Source: Felis catus (lineage: Eukaryota). From it: a stretch of DNA of 64,000 nt. The notes below the pieces were generated by a model that was not told the origin of the DNA, did not search any database, and was given only the letters and a program-made list of their open reading frames with translations. How positions within the stretch are numbered: position 1 is the first letter of the stretch; every line of letters starts with the position of its first letter. The stretch lies in contig NC_058383.1 of the NCBI RefSeq assembly GCF_018350175.1, forward strand, positions 1,860,001-1,924,000, written 5' to 3'. This document shows positions 13,698-27,800 of the stretch, in pieces. The position numbers and the translations under genes were made by a program.

Positions 13698-15010
13698 ATG
13701 ACAAATGATGCCGAGCATCAGTCCCCTCCTTATCCACGTCTGTGGACCCTCTTCCGTGAAGTTATCTGTTTGTCTTCTGCCCAGCTTTTAAGCAAGATCT
13801 GGCTGTGGTCTCCCATCAACCTACCTAGACGCATCACAAAGATTTTCTCCTGGCCCAGGGTTTGCCTCTTGCCTTCACTGCGTCTTTCTGAGAGCAAAGG
13901 TGTTTCTCGTCTTGGGGAACTCTAAGTGAACGATTTTTTTCATCTTTGGTTCAAGCTTTTGTGTCCTAAGCTTCCAGAGCCTTGGTTTTTCCCCAGGTTA
14001 GGTCCACGCCCCACTGGTTCAACGCCAGAACAGTACGGGACCAGAATCTACATTCTGTCCATACAGACATCCCCCTGCATCAGCGCCGTCTGCGGAAGAC
14101 TGACTCTTTCCCACTGATTTATCTTGTCACCTTCGATGGAGACCAACAGATTCCATACTCGGGTTATTCCGGAACTTTCTAGTCTTTTCCGTCGACGTGT
14201 AAGTCTATCCTTACACCATTAACCCGCTGCCTTGATCAATACGGTTTATGGTGCGTCTGGAAATTAACCATCGTAAGCCCACGGTTTTTTTTTCAAAAAC
14301 AAGTCTGGCTATTCTAGATCCTTTTCGTCTCCATAGAAACTCCAGAATCAGTTTGCTGGTTTCTACCAAAAGGCCTGCTGGGACTTTGGTTGGGGATGCA
14401 CTGGAGGTGAGGATGAATTTTAGCACACTGACGTGTCCCCACCATGGACTCCTCCAACCTACGAGCACGGGATTGCTCTCCACTTGCTGATATCGCTGCT
14501 AGGTGACTTCCTGTCATTCTAGAAAGAACTTCTACTTTACAGCGTGCAGATTTCCGTTGCATTCAGCCTCACATTTCCAACGCGACTCTTCGGGGCTGCG
14601 TGCCTCCAACTGTTCGCTGCTGGCACACAGAAACTCAGTCCGCCTGCGCGCATTGTCCTCGTAACTGTGAACCTGCCAGACCTACCGCTTCCGGCTCTTT
14701 ACAGATGCCCAGAGACGTCCTAAATGGACGATCGTGCCGTCCCCCCACCAGAGGCAGCTTTACGTCCTCCCACCCGGCCGCGGGCCTTTCCTCCTCCCTC
14801 CCACTGTGCGCTGGCCGCACCGCCGCTGCCGCCGCAGAGCAGCGGGGAGAGGGCGGGCTAGACGCAGGGACAGCAGGTGCCGCATCTTGGGGAGGGGGGA
14901 CCCTTCCACTCCTACGTTGCTCAAAGGTTGCGATCGTGCGTGGGTGCTGAGTTCCCACCAACACCTCTGCACCTACCGAGACGATCACGTTTCCTCTCTA
15001 ACCTATTTAA
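13698..15010 (-). mobile_element. Ancient LINE-1 (L1M) ORF2 fragment
   Basis: Residual translation KLILEFLWRRKGSRIARLVFEKK resembles the L1 ORF2 motif KLILKFIW..KGPRIAK.ILKKK; TGATGCCGAGCATC matches the L1 3' ORF2 antisense pattern; boundaries approximate. Confidence 0.75.
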
Positions 15011-16025
15011 ATAGCAAACGACCCCGGTTGTCTGAAGGGAAAGGCCCGTCTACTGCTGCAGGTACCCCCTTTGCTCCATTTTCCCACCGGCCTCTCCGTC
15101 AGTCTTTCCCCAGTGCCCCCGGAAGGTCACACCCAGGCTGACACAGACACAGAGTGTCTCCTGGTGTCCGCCTTCAGCACCTTCAAACCTTTCCGCCGGG
15201 CCACGCTCCCCAGACAAGGCTCAGCACGTCACAGGTCTCCGCACGCCGGCGCAATCTGTGTACTGCTGCCGAACCCCTCAGTCGGCTTTCGCTGCCCCGG
15301 GATGGGGACCTGCAGGCACCACCCTCCCCCCCCCCGCCCCCCAAGTACACAGGCCCCACCCAACACGGTGCAGTATTCCTTCCCACCAGGACTCTCCGAG
15401 TCCGGCGGCCCACCTGCCTCCAACCCACAGGACCCACGTGCTGGAGACAGGCGTCCAGCAACATCCGGGTGGACGAGGCTGTCTGGCAGCCAAGGAAACT
15501 GGCACGGGGCTTCCCTACAGGGTCACACTGCCGGACCGCCCCAGCCAGCTCACGTAACCAGCTCCCTGACACCTCTGGGCTCCTCAGGATGTGAGAAATC
15601 CCGAACTGGGAGAAAGGTGGCAACGGTCATGCCGTGTCAACTACAGGGTTTGGTCTGTTCCAAGCGTTAGACCCGACCTATTCCCAACCTTGGCAAGGCC
15701 GCAGGGCCCTCCAAGAACGTGCGAAGAGACAAAGCCTTGCGCCCAGAGGAAACCCCATGCAAGGACTATCTGTGCTAAGACACCAGAATCTCATAGGCAT
15801 CAAGCATTTGAGGATCAGAGGCTGGGCAAGAACAGGGCAGGGGTGGGACAGTCAACGGCAGCCAGCCGGCCACCCACAGGCTACTCCTCCAGGCCGTGGC
15901 CGTAGCACGTGAGGTCCACGGGGAGCAGCAGAGGGCCAGGAAGAACTACAGGCAGAGGTCTGGAGCCAGAAAGCCAAAGGGCCCAAGGTGCTCAAGGCGC
16001 AGGGAGCAGGATCACGGGGCCGGGG

Positions 16026-16039
16026 GCGCCACCTAGTGG
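16026..16039 (-). promoter_or_regulatory. Strong CTCF core motif CCACTAGGTGGCGC
   Basis: Full match to the CCASYAGRKGGCRS consensus; occupancy unknown. Confidence 0.6.
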
Positions 16040-18792
16040 CGGCAGCTCTCAAAGCCCAGGAGACCCTGGACAGGATCCGGGGCCTGGGGGTCACGACACA
16101 CACCAAGCGACACACGCCAAGCGAGTCCCTTCAGTCCCAAAGTGGCGGCAAAGCCCTGGCCTAAAGGCCAGGAGAATCAAGCCTGCCAGGTCCTAAGGTC
16201 CTAAGGACCTCCCAGCCCCTCCAGCTCCTGCTTCCGGGGCACCTGCTGGACTGGGACTCACTGCTGTCTCTCGGAGCCGGCTGGTCTTGCTCTGGGGGTG
16301 CAAGCCCCCGGCCTAGCGTGAAAACAGGTTTTCACAGGGAGAAAGTCTGACTTCCATGGTGAGAAACCACTATTCTAGAAAAATCTTTCCACTCGCAGAT
16401 GTGTAAAATGAGGCACAAGACAGCCCCACAACCCTGAGGGCCAGGCGGGGGCCAAACAAAGATTCAGGCACCGCTCACCAAGGTCTGACAGTGAGCCGCA
16501 GACACGACGGCTATGCTGTCGGAGGCCACCCACCCTACACCCACCCGGGGCCGACCCACCCCGGCCACCCACAGTGGTCTCAGCGCTCCCCACCGGGTCC
16601 ACCCCTCCGTCCTTGCAGGGATCCCAACTTCTCCCTGTGCCCTATTTCCCTCCGCCCGTCTCCCTCCCCATATTCAACTCCGCCGGACGTAGGCTCCCCC
16701 AGGTCTCCCTCCCCGCTCACAAACCTCCAACTGCCCAAGACCTAACAAAGGAGGATGGCCCAACTCCTCCTCATGGCATTCAAGGTCAAGTGCGGTCTTG
16801 GACAGGCCGACTCCCCGCATTTGGACCAACACACAAGCCTGCGACCCACCGACTGTTACAGGACACACGGACCCACCTCAGAGGGACACAAGTGACTGGA
16901 GGTGAAGCCCACCCAGGCACCCTGCTGCAGACAGGAAGGGTGAACAGGAGACACTGAGGTTCCCCAGGGGCCCCCGCGGTGGCCAGGCACAGAGTGACCG
17001 GGCACACGACAGGAAACCTGCCCCTCGGGGGACCTTCACCAGGGGTGCCGGGAGGCAAGGGCCACAAGGATGCCTCACCACCTCCCCAGAAGCCTCCGGC
17101 TGCTCGGAAGGGAGGCCAGCACCGCTCCGCAGTACGTGACTTGTAAGCCTCCACACACAAGGCCAGGCGCGCGCTGCATTCCCGGCGACGGGAACACTGG
17201 CCCAGGGCCAGGCACAGACTGGCGAGGGGCCCACGAGCCAGGGGAGGGCAGAGATACCAGGGACAGACTCACACCCTCCTCTCCCTCCGCCAGCCCCAAG
17301 CAGCCCCCACCTCTGAGAGCCCTCGACCACCCCCCTCCTCTGCCTCTCCAGGGCCCGGCCGCCGAGTGAACACATGACACACACACACACAGGCGCGTGA
17401 CCAGGCAGAAGCAGCACCCCAGCTGGCGGTCAGCCCGCAGACCTCTGCAGGCCCCCCCGCATGCCCCCCCCGCATGCCAGCCACACTCAGGGAGGCCCTC
17501 TGATTTGGAAGCGAGACCAAAGGGCCGGAGGAAGAACCACACTTTCCGCCCCGGCCAGAGGCGGCCGCCAGCTGTGCACCAGCCCCAGGCTTGACTGATG
17601 TCGAGGGCTTTGTGGCACATGCTGGGCGTTCAGACACTCCGCCAGCTGGTCTGATCGGGCACGAGTGGGCCTCTGATCTCCCGCAAGAGAAAGAAGTCAC
17701 AGAGGTTTCTCTTCTGACGAGCCTCCCTAGGTGCAGGACGGAAGCGTTCTGGTGAGTTACTAAGCCCAGAGAGTAGGTGAGGCTCCACCGGGTCAGCCCT
17801 CCACGAGTCTGGCGGCGGGTGCAGCTCAGGAAGGAACAGCAGCCGCGTCTGTCCTCTGGGACTCAGCGGGGCAAAGAGACGACGAGGAGGCATTTACAAG
17901 GGACAGACACCGAAGTCAGTAACGCTGATGGAAACCACGGCAGGTTCCAGAACCGGCCCTCGGACAGTGTAATTACGGGACAGCTCTTTAAAGAAGGCTC
18001 TCAATCTTGGCCCAGTTTCCAAGAGCACCAGGAAAGACGACAGGGAGCTACAGTCTTAAAGTCGCACAGGCTGACGAAACAAGAGGCTCCTGAAACACCA
18101 CAGCTCCAGACGAACAGGGACGATTGGTCTCCCACCAGCCCTCGCCCAGAACAGAACAACCAGACGAGGACAGAGCTGCTGGGAGGAGTCTATCCACAGG
18201 GGGGCCCAAAGTCCCGGAGACCGAGGGACAGGCAGCGATGCTGGAGAACGAGGGGCAGTAGCCCCCAGGACGGGAGGCAGGGAGCAGTGGAAAGGTGCCC
18301 CCCCCTCAGGCCGTCCGGGCCATCAGAGGACAAGGCGCCAGCCCACCACCCAGCTGCCCCCATCGCTGCCCCTCTGCATCCTATCGCTCCCCTGCTGGCA
18401 CGCCGCGGGGTCCTGACGGGACAACGATGCTCCCTTCTCACCCCTGACAACTCAGTCCATCTCCCCGCCTTCCATCTGCCTAAAAGGAATGGCTCGCCCC
18501 CAAAAGCAATCGCTCCCTCAGTATAGGCAAAGATCCTTTAACAGCAGCCAGCGCTGCAGTGCGGTCAAAAGCCTGCCACCACGCCACCACCGACCTTAAA
18601 GGAGAACGTTAAGACTTGGGTAGTGACAGTCCCTTAGTTGCATTTCCCTCCTGTCAGCAAAGTGCCACATCAAATCCAAAAGGCTGTTGCACAAGCCGGC
18701 AGGCGGCCTCCAGCAGGGCTTCTGCCAGGGTCTCCAGCTGCCGGGGGCCCAGAGGAGGCAGGACCTCACCGCCAGGGGCGCCCTCCGCCTAC

Positions 18793-18854
18793 CTGATGTT
18801 CAAGCCCGTGGTCTGTTCCAGACGCTCCCAGCTCTGCAGCTTTGCCAGCAGCTT
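18793..18854 (-). CDS. MAD1L1: MAD1L1 coding exon 8
   Basis: [20 protein letters not shown](R); 62 nt; acceptor TCTTTGCAG, donor CAG|GTAGGC. Confidence 0.93.
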
Positions 18855-21800
18855 CTGCAAAGACAAGGAGGCGAACGCTGAGGGTGCCACGACCCCAGCA
18901 TCTTCCCCCACCCCTGCCAAGGCCTCCGCGGCGAGCGACCCGCCGCCCTTCTTCACACAACCCCACGTCAGTCCCCAGACCACCCAGCCTCATGCGGAGC
19001 TGCCGGCGACAAGGAGGAGGTTAAGTCTCCCTGACCCCTCTGAAGAGCCTGCCCTCATCTCAGCTGAACGCCTCGGGGCATGGAGTCCGCTCCAGAGCAG
19101 ACGGCTTCCGAGTGCTACGAGTGCGCCTCCTTTGCGGCCGGCCCCGCAGACTCAGGAAGAAGCAGGCCGAGCGGCCCCGAGGCAGACCGGGCGCTGAAAC
19201 CACAAGACCCCACGCCCCTCCCTGGTCCAGGGGTTCCACGGGACGCCGGGTCCCAGGGCAGATGCACTCAGCCCTAGCGCCCAAGTGTCCACAGTGGACG
19301 TGGCCCCACAGGGAGAACGGGAGAAGGTGGGGACGTCCCCCACCTGGCGCCACGCGCAGGGCTGCCTGACCCCGCATTCCTCACGCTGCTTCACACGGAC
19401 CTGCATTCCAGATCAGTCTCCCTCCCTTTCTGGAACGGAACCACCTGAGGGCAAGAAGCGCGTGCCTTCGTCCGGCCTCCCGTGCCCGTCGCCCGGGCCA
19501 AGCACGGTCCCGGCATCACCGCACTCCCTCAGTCCCTCGAGTGGCCCCTACCACGTGAGGGCATGGGCCAGGTAACAGAGCTGGGCACAGAGCCGATGCT
19601 TAGCGACCACCTACCGACGCCAGGCGCTGGGGAAGTACTCGCCGTGAATTCGCTGAGCCCCCACGACCCTGCAAGGCACACTCTGATGCCCCTCGATACA
19701 CAGGTGCACGGAGAGGTTAAGCAACTTGCCCGGGGCCACAGAGCCAGCGAGCATCCATGGCAGGATGTCCCACGAGGCAGTATGACTCGAGAGACAAAGC
19801 CTTAACCGGTGTCACAACTGTCCAGAGGAAACACTCCGTCTGGGGCTGCGTCTGCGGGCCAAGCTCACACGTCAGCCAGCACCTGTGAGGAGCTCGGCTC
19901 CCACCCCGTGAGGCCACAGGCCTCCGCTGTGACCAACTGCGGGACAGCTGCCAGCACGCTGCCACCACCCGGGAAACGACGCAGGGCCTCACGGCTCGTT
20001 GGTGAGGCGGCAGGGAACGACCTGGGGGGGGCCGTGCAGAAGGACAGCAAGACCGGGGGACAGAGACCAGGAGGCTGAGCGCTAGTGTAACGTGTGCGCA
20101 CCGGGCGAGACAGGCTCCCGCGCCCCCCTGGAGCGCCCACGGGATGCTTTCGGCACCGCGCCCTCGCACCAGCTCTACGAGCGCGTCCCACAAACGCCAG
20201 CGTGCGTCCCAACAGCAGACACAGGAGAGGAAACGGAGCCGGGCGTCCGTCCCATCTGCGGGTGGGAGCCGGTCTGTGTCAGGCGCCCCCGCACCACGGC
20301 CCCTATCTGTTCCAGTTTTCCAATTTCTTCCGGGGGGCTGAGAACACGGCACACGCTCTCACAGCTCCTCCTGGAGGCTCTCGGGAAGAACCCACTCCTG
20401 GCCCTCTCTCCGGCTTCTGGAAGCGCTCACCCTCCTCCACCTCGACGCCCCCACGGCAGGGGGCCGGGTCCTCCCCACAGGACACCCGCCTCGGCCCCCC
20501 GCGTGCACCACGATCCGCGACCAGGGGCCCACTGGCTCCCGCTGGAGTCTCCCCACCGCGGGCCAGCTCGCCGGCACCCACACGTGCGGCCAGGCGGCTC
20601 CGGGGCCGCTGCTCCGCCCACGGCACCAGCCCGGCAGCTTCCACATCTCAGGCGGGCAAGCGCAAGGCGGGCCCGAAACACCCGGGGTCCCCCACGTGCA
20701 GCACGCCCCCAGCCTCACCTCCTTCTCCAGCTCCAGGACCGCCAGGCTTTCCTGCATCTTCTCCTGGCGCCCCAGCCGCCGCCGCAGGCCCTCCAGCTCC
20801 TCCCTGAGCAGCCCGTTGGTCTCTCGCATCTCCCTGGGGGGCCGGACACCACATCCCTCAAAGGGCCGCCACGCACAGGCAGGAGGAGCCGGGACAAGGA
20901 GTGCAGCGCCCCCCGCCCCTCTGCCCCGCCACCCGCAGGGTTAGGGTTAGGGTTAGGGCCGCCGCCCACCGCCCCCCCAGCCTCACCGCAGGTAGGCGCT
21001 CTCCTCCCGCAGCTGCTTCAGCTCCCGCTCCATCTTGGGCAGCCGCACCAACTCCGACTTCATGTTCTTCACGACCGCAGCATCCTGCTCCTGCAGGGAC
21101 AGCTTCTGCTCCAAATCCTGAGTGAGGCCAGGGACAGAGAGGACAGAGTCAACCTCCACGGCCCCGGCTCGCCCTCGAGGTGTGCCTCTGTGCCACGTCC
21201 TCGGCGCTCACTTCCAGGGGAGTCGTGCCCACTCGGGGGCAGGACCCTAGCGCAGGTCTGCCCCAGGGCATGCGGCAACGGCGCCCCGAAGAGACGCATC
21301 GGAGAAACACACACACGTCCCCCAGGCTAGACCCACTCCTGCCACCTTAGCACCCAAGTGACAAGCGAGTCTCTTCCACGTGACAAAGCCTCTCCTCTAA
21401 GATCTCCGGTTCCAAGACACCCTGAGGACGACCGGCACCCAGCAGTGGCAGGTCCCCCAACAGGCTCGGTTGGTCAGTCAACAAATGTTTACTGGGCCCA
21501 GCTCTGTGGCAGGTACAGGGTCATGCAGTGGGGACAGGGTGACGCAGGACACACAGGAGGCCTCTGTACTTGCGCTCTGGTGGAAGGGCAGACACAGGCC
21601 GTGAAGGCGAGCGAATCCGGGGAGGTGGGCGGGGGGGTGGGGCCAGGGCGGAGGTGACGTACCCGAAAACAGCACGTGGATCAGCAGAGGGAACCGGGAG
21701 GCCCGACGGGGGAGCCGGCTGGGGAGGGGCCGGGGGGAGCCCAGGTCACTCGGGCTGGGGTCCGGAGCCCCAAGTTCCTCCGCAGGCAGGGCCCCCCACC

Positions 21801-24800
21801 TCCGGACGCCCAGCCGCTCTCTCCTCTCGCTCGTGTGGCATCCCCAGCACCAAGCGCGGGCACGCCACGCACAGACAGGCAGCGGTGTCAGCGGTACCAG
21901 GGCGCGGGCAGCTCACCGTCCCCAGGCACCCTAAGCACACCCCCACCGAGGAGGCAGGACGGGAAGAGCCCCCAGACACAGCCTGCGTCTGAGAAGGAGT
22001 CACTCACCCTGATCCTCTGCTCTTGGTCAGCCCTCGCTTCCTGGCGGGCCTGGAGCTCCTGGACCTTCTCGTTAGCCTCCTGACATTTCCTGTCCGGAGA
22101 AAGGCACGTGATGTGCAGAAACGAGTGTGTGAAACCAGCGGCTGTCCTCACCCGGAGGCTCTCCAGGGTGGACCCTCACAAACATACTCCACCCCCTCCC
22201 TACTCCCAGGGCACTGTGGCCCGTACCCTCGGGTCAGGGTGGGTGGCGAAGTCCACACCACGTGCAGGGCCCTGCCCAGCCTGCCACCGGCCCTGGTACA
22301 GCCACAGCCGAGGACCCACCAGGGGCTGGCCCCCCCACACCCCCCCAACCCTGCCCAGGAGCGTCCAGAGCCCTCCTAGGACATCATCTGCGAAGGCAAA
22401 GGCCTAGCTCCCAGGGACAGAACTCAGCCTTCTGACCTCGCAGACTTCTGTCCTGCTCAGAGAGCTGCCTCCACTTAGAAGTCCTCTCCCGTCCACCCCA
22501 CCCACCACCCCGGGGCACCCTACATGGCCTTTAAAGGGAAGCTCTCTGCGAGGGGAGAAACAACCGCTCTCCGCTATTGTTCTCAGAATACATAAAACAC
22601 TTAGTGACCAGCTTCAGTGGCCCCTGTGTCTGCCCCCAACAGCCTGTGGACAGGGAGGCCAGACCAGAAGGGCCCCCGGAGGTTCTTGGGGCTTGGCACA
22701 GGCAGCACGCCTGGTTGCTGGGTGCTCAGACCACAGAGGGCACAAAAGGAGCCCGGGCCCTCCTGTTCGTGGTCTTCCACACAGTTAACAACCAGACGGG
22801 AAACTCAGCCCAGGCCCCAGCAGGCCTGCCCGCACCACGCCCAGAGAAGGCGCAGAGCCCCGCCCCCTGCACGCCCCGCCCCCCTGCACGCCCCGCTCAC
22901 TTGCGCTGCAAGGCCAGCTGCTCCTGGAGCTCCTGCTTCTCAGACTCCAGGCTCTTCACCTGCATCTCCTGGTTCATCACGCTCCACTGCAGCTCCGAGA
23001 CCTTCCCCTTCAGCGCGTTGATGGTCTGAGAGCAGAGCGGGCGGCCCAGAGCAGCTGAGCGGCTGCCGGCGCACAGAGGGGAGCCACCCACCCCGCGGCA
23101 GCGGGACAAATGCCCCCAAGAGAGCCTGCCCCTCCCATCCCCCTCCTGAGGGCAGGGACACAACCTGGGAGGGCATGCCACCCCTCAGCCCATCCCTGGC
23201 TACGCGGCCTGCCTCGCATTTCCCTCAAGCAAATGGGAAGAGACCGGGTCGTGGTGACGGGCTGCTCCCGAGACCGCCCGGGCCGGGTGACATCCGCCAC
23301 TCAGGACCCTCGCTCGTTCCTAGGGTGCTTGCGTGGCTCTCCCTCCACGCCTGCCCCGGTGTCTCCATCCGAGATGAACCCCCACCATGCCATCATCCCA
23401 GCTGAAACACTCCCTGTGAACCACAGCCAAGCCCCTGCCAACAGGTCGGAAACGGGGACTGAGGCCATCCTCAGAAGGCTACAGGAGCCCCACAGAACAG
23501 AGGAGCTGCGTGCGGGAAGACCGTGCAGACCCCGTGCCCTCGTCCAGAAGCAGGGAGAAGGGAGAGCGGAGGCTGGGGAGGCTGGCGAAAGCAGGGCCTT
23601 GGGACTTTCAGGGGCAGAACTTCTGCCCAGCCGTCAGACCACACCCTCACCCGGTGACCTCTAGTGACCATCTGCTGACCACTCTCCTTCTGTGGCTGTC
23701 CCAGGGAAGCCAGCTCAGAGGCGTCCCTGTAAATTAGCCTCCTGGAGCGGAGGATGAGAACCGAGGACCCGCACCAGCGAGGAGGCCCACCCCTGCCCAG
23801 GACCCATGTTTGCGGGGGCCCAGGGGGCACTGACACAGGCCATCCACGTCCCACACTCCGGCCATCTGCATGGTCTGCTCTGTTACGATGGCGCCTGCCA
23901 GCCTGGGAACCCAAGAAAAACGAAGGTACTAAAACACACTGATCTAAGAAGACAGCCTTCGAGAAGTCTTCCCGAACTCCAAACACGCACACCACACACC
24001 CGGTGCTGCGCTGGATACGGGACCAGACGGCTGGCCGCACGCAGGACGCCGCTGCCTGGAAGCCGGGCCGGCAGCAAGAGGACTCCCTGCTGACGGACTT
24101 CTCGAACCAGGCACCCTGTAAGAGAGCGCGGTGCGGGAACAGCGACAGCCTCGGTCACCAGGGAGGGCTTTCTCCAAGGAAGTAAAAAGTAACAAACAAA
24201 ATTCAGGGTCCTCCTTCCTGACTGGCTGAGACTTTTCCCACTTCCGTGGCGGTGGCCTCCCCCCCACCCGGCTCTGTCCCCCGCCCCCGTGGGCCGCACA
24301 GCAGCCTCCCGCACGCAGGCCCCGGGGAGCACGCAGGCCCCGGGGAGCACACAGGCCCCAGGACGCAGCTCGGGCAAGCACGCCAAGGGCGACATAGGGA
24401 CTTGTCTTGAGCCGATCACGGCTCCGCTCCTGCCAGCATCCACATCAGAAGACAGATGTAGGAACAACGTTAACATACTCCCCAGCGTTGCCAAGGCAAA
24501 AATAACCTGCCGCTTCCCGAGATCTATCAAGTGGAGACGCACGCAGAGACAGAATACCAACGATCCCGCGCCCCCGCTCCTCCCCCGGCAGCGCTTCATC
24601 TCCTTCCTCCCGGCGCCCGCGAGCCGCAGCAACACCGCAAAGGGACAGGGAAGGTCAGGAGAGCCCCGTCTCCACCAGCATCAGCATCTGGGCTCTGCTT
24701 CTGAAATTTATACAACCTTCAACGGGTCGAGGGAATAAGGAGCAGGGCTCGGATGTGCTCTGGCTTCAAAGGCGCTCTCAGATGCTAACAGACCTACTAA

Positions 24801-27800
24801 TCAAAGACATGCAAATCCAGAAGCACCACTTACGCCTCCGGAAGGGAGAAAAAAAGGTATTTAGGTATTTCCAGAAGACTTCCTGAAGATCCACGACAGG
24901 AAAGGCTACAGGGAAACCAGAACCCTCAACGATGCTGTCAGGACAACACGGCAACTGTCAGCAGAAGCCAGCGACCTCAAACCCCACTCCTAGGAACGCG
25001 CCTGAGTGAGCAACTCAATAGAAACAGAAAGTACACGCCACCTGCCGCGTTCGTATCCCGTACGTACTCATACCAGGACGCACGCACGTAAAACAGTTTT
25101 TTACGTGACACAACACGGGCTAGTCGACCATTAAAAGTCCTAATGACAGAGACTAAGACAACGTTTGACTCGTTAACTGAAAACCACGAGTGGAAATGAG
25201 GATCTGTATCCGGATTACGACGGACGACGCAGACACCATCGGCGCAGGTGCGGGAAGGGGACTCTGAGGAGACCGGCCCCGCACGACGCGGCCGCCCCGG
25301 GGAGGGCCCTCACCTCGCCGGCCGCAGCCAGGCCGTCCTCCTTCTCCCGAAGCTTCTGGCCGGCGGCGTCCAGGCTCTGCCGGCACCGCCTGTGGCGCTC
25401 CAGCTGCTCCTTCATCCTCTCCTCCGCCTCGGCCTCGCGCTCCTGCAGCTGCCGGATGCGCGTCAGGAGCTCCTGGTTGCGGTCCACCTCGCGCTGCCAG
25501 AGCGGGGACAGAAAGCGGGGACAGTGAGCGGGGGCGGCCCAGCCCACCCTCCCCGGGGACAGGCGCGGCCATGCCGCACACCCCGCTCCCGCAGGGAGAG
25601 GCCCCGCGGCGCACATCACCTCCTGCAGCCCTTCACCCCCGCCACGCGTCTTATGCCGGGAAGCCAGCCGCAGGACCAAGACTCCAGCGCTCTGATGGCC
25701 CCGGGTTGGGGGGGGGGGGTCCCAAGAGCCAACGGTCGGCCACGGGGAGCTTACCTTCAGCCCCAGAAAGGAAGAGACCGCAAAGCGGGCACCTAATGCT
25801 GCTGGCCTCTGAGTGCTCCCCAGGAAGGGGAGCCGCGCAAGCCCCCTGCAAGGTCCGCCAGCACCCCCAAGGCAAGTGCTCACCCCAGGGCTCTCCAGCC
25901 CAGCACCACGGGGGAGCAACACGCAAGTGGGGACACAGCCTGCTCGAGGGACACACGGGAATAAGGAGCTACAAGTGTGATCTCCGAACAGCCAGGGGAC
26001 CCTTCTGCCACGGAAGCACGCCACAGAGCAGGGTGCGGCATCTCCGTTCGGGCTGCCAGTCCCAAGTGCACACAGGGCAGTCCGTGCAGGTCCCCAGACC
26101 TCAGACACCAACCGGAGTCTCACCATCCAGAGGCTCCAGAGGCCCACCCACTGCCAAACTGGCATCCCTGAAAACCCACGACACGTGTCCCAGACAGAGA
26201 AACCATGTGAGAGCTGCTCGCTCAGGCGGCCCAGGTCCCACACAGCTGCATCTGCGGGTGGGAAGGGAGAGGCCTCTCAGAGAGAGAGGCCATGCTCAGC
26301 GAGGGCCCGGGGTTAAGCGCAGCCCGCATCCTTGGATTTCCCCAAGACAAAACTTCCACCGACCCTGCAACGATGCCCCACTCATTCCAACGTATCCTAA
26401 GCACCTGTAAGGTGCCACAGCCCGTGCTGGACCCTGGAGACCCAGAGCAGCCAGGACAGACCCTGTCCTTGACAGACTTACGGCCCAGGAAAATTCCGGG
26501 AGCTCCACACCGCGTGCCTTCTGCCTGAGAGCCAGGCGGTAACACCAACACCGCAATTCCCACCATCTCGTGGCCCCTGGTGCCACCTCCACACCCCTGA
26601 TGAGGCACTTCGTTACCACGGCCTTCCCCTGTCCCTCCCAGGACAACCCTGAACAGCAGCTAACATCACACGTTAAGAGAGAGACCCCCTCAGAGCGGCA
26701 CCGGGACAATGCCAAGGCCACGGCACCCACTCGCAGCCCATGTTTCCGGGCTACTGGGCCCACACGGCGCACCGTGGCCAGAAGCCTGCATACCAGGTCG
26801 AACACATCAAATTAGCATCACGCCCTCGAAGACATCAGCTATTTTTACAGGATTAGGAGAGCATGCAGATATGCTACGTAAGGCAAGAACAGGGCCAGAC
26901 ATCCACCCCTGGGAAAGTGTAGGCAGGTCAGAGACTTTCCGGTCCAATGCTTTGCTGGAGTCTGGCAGCATTTCCACAAATCATCAGCACTTATTAAAAA
27001 ACCCTGGTGAAGTGCTGTTGATCAAAGCAAAGGAAGCAAGGGATTTATGCCCTAAGTAAAAACCTAGCACCTTCTCTAGGTAACACGCTTTCCCAGCCTG
27101 CCCTGGGTAAGCCAAGGACAACAGGAAGTACCCCCAGGTTGGAGGTTTTTTTTTTTCTTTTCATTTTTAGTTTATTTTTTAAAGAGAGAGAGACACACAC
27201 ACACAGAGTGCGAGCGGGGGGCAGAGAGAGAGAGGGAGACAGAGAATCTGAAGCAGGCTCCAGGCTCCGAACTGTCAGCACAGAGCCCGACGCGGGGCCC
27301 GAACCGACGAACCGTGAGATCATGACCCGAGCCGAAGTCGGCACTTAACCGAATCAGCCACCCAGGCGCCCCTGGAGGTCTTTGCTCTGGGCCCTGTAAC
27401 CACGTGAGCAAGACTGGTCCAGCCTGGACCTGAGACCTCCATGCAACCCAGTGACTTTCCAAGCCTGTCGCCCAGTGGCACCTGGTATTTCTGCTGGATT
27501 TACACCCCAATTCTTGGGAGGGGTGGGGAGAACAGGCAGCCCCACAGAGAGGAACGCCCACCGGCACCTCGCCAGGCAGACGGCAGGCAGTCCTCCCCCG
27601 TGCACTGCCCCTCAAGGACATCGAGCACGGTCACTCTGTGGCCTCAGGAGGGAGAGCACCTTGGCTCCCAGCCAGGAGGGTCACCTGCCCGACGGCCCAG
27701 CAGGCACCGTGCACAATGCCCTACGCCGGGCCCGGCTGCCCGCACGCACCTCGTGGCTTCTGACGGCCGGGCCCGCCCGCTCGCACCCACCTCGTAGCGC

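Noticed and set aside
1..18792. Further MAD1L1 coding exons
   Set aside because: No segment encoding the expected continuation (TPEDLSRF-like) was seen; the region appears to be one long intron.
20092..21330. 412-aa plus-strand ORF
   Set aside because: Antisense shadow of MAD1L1 coiled-coil exons; its GLGLGL stretch is just the telomeric repeat.
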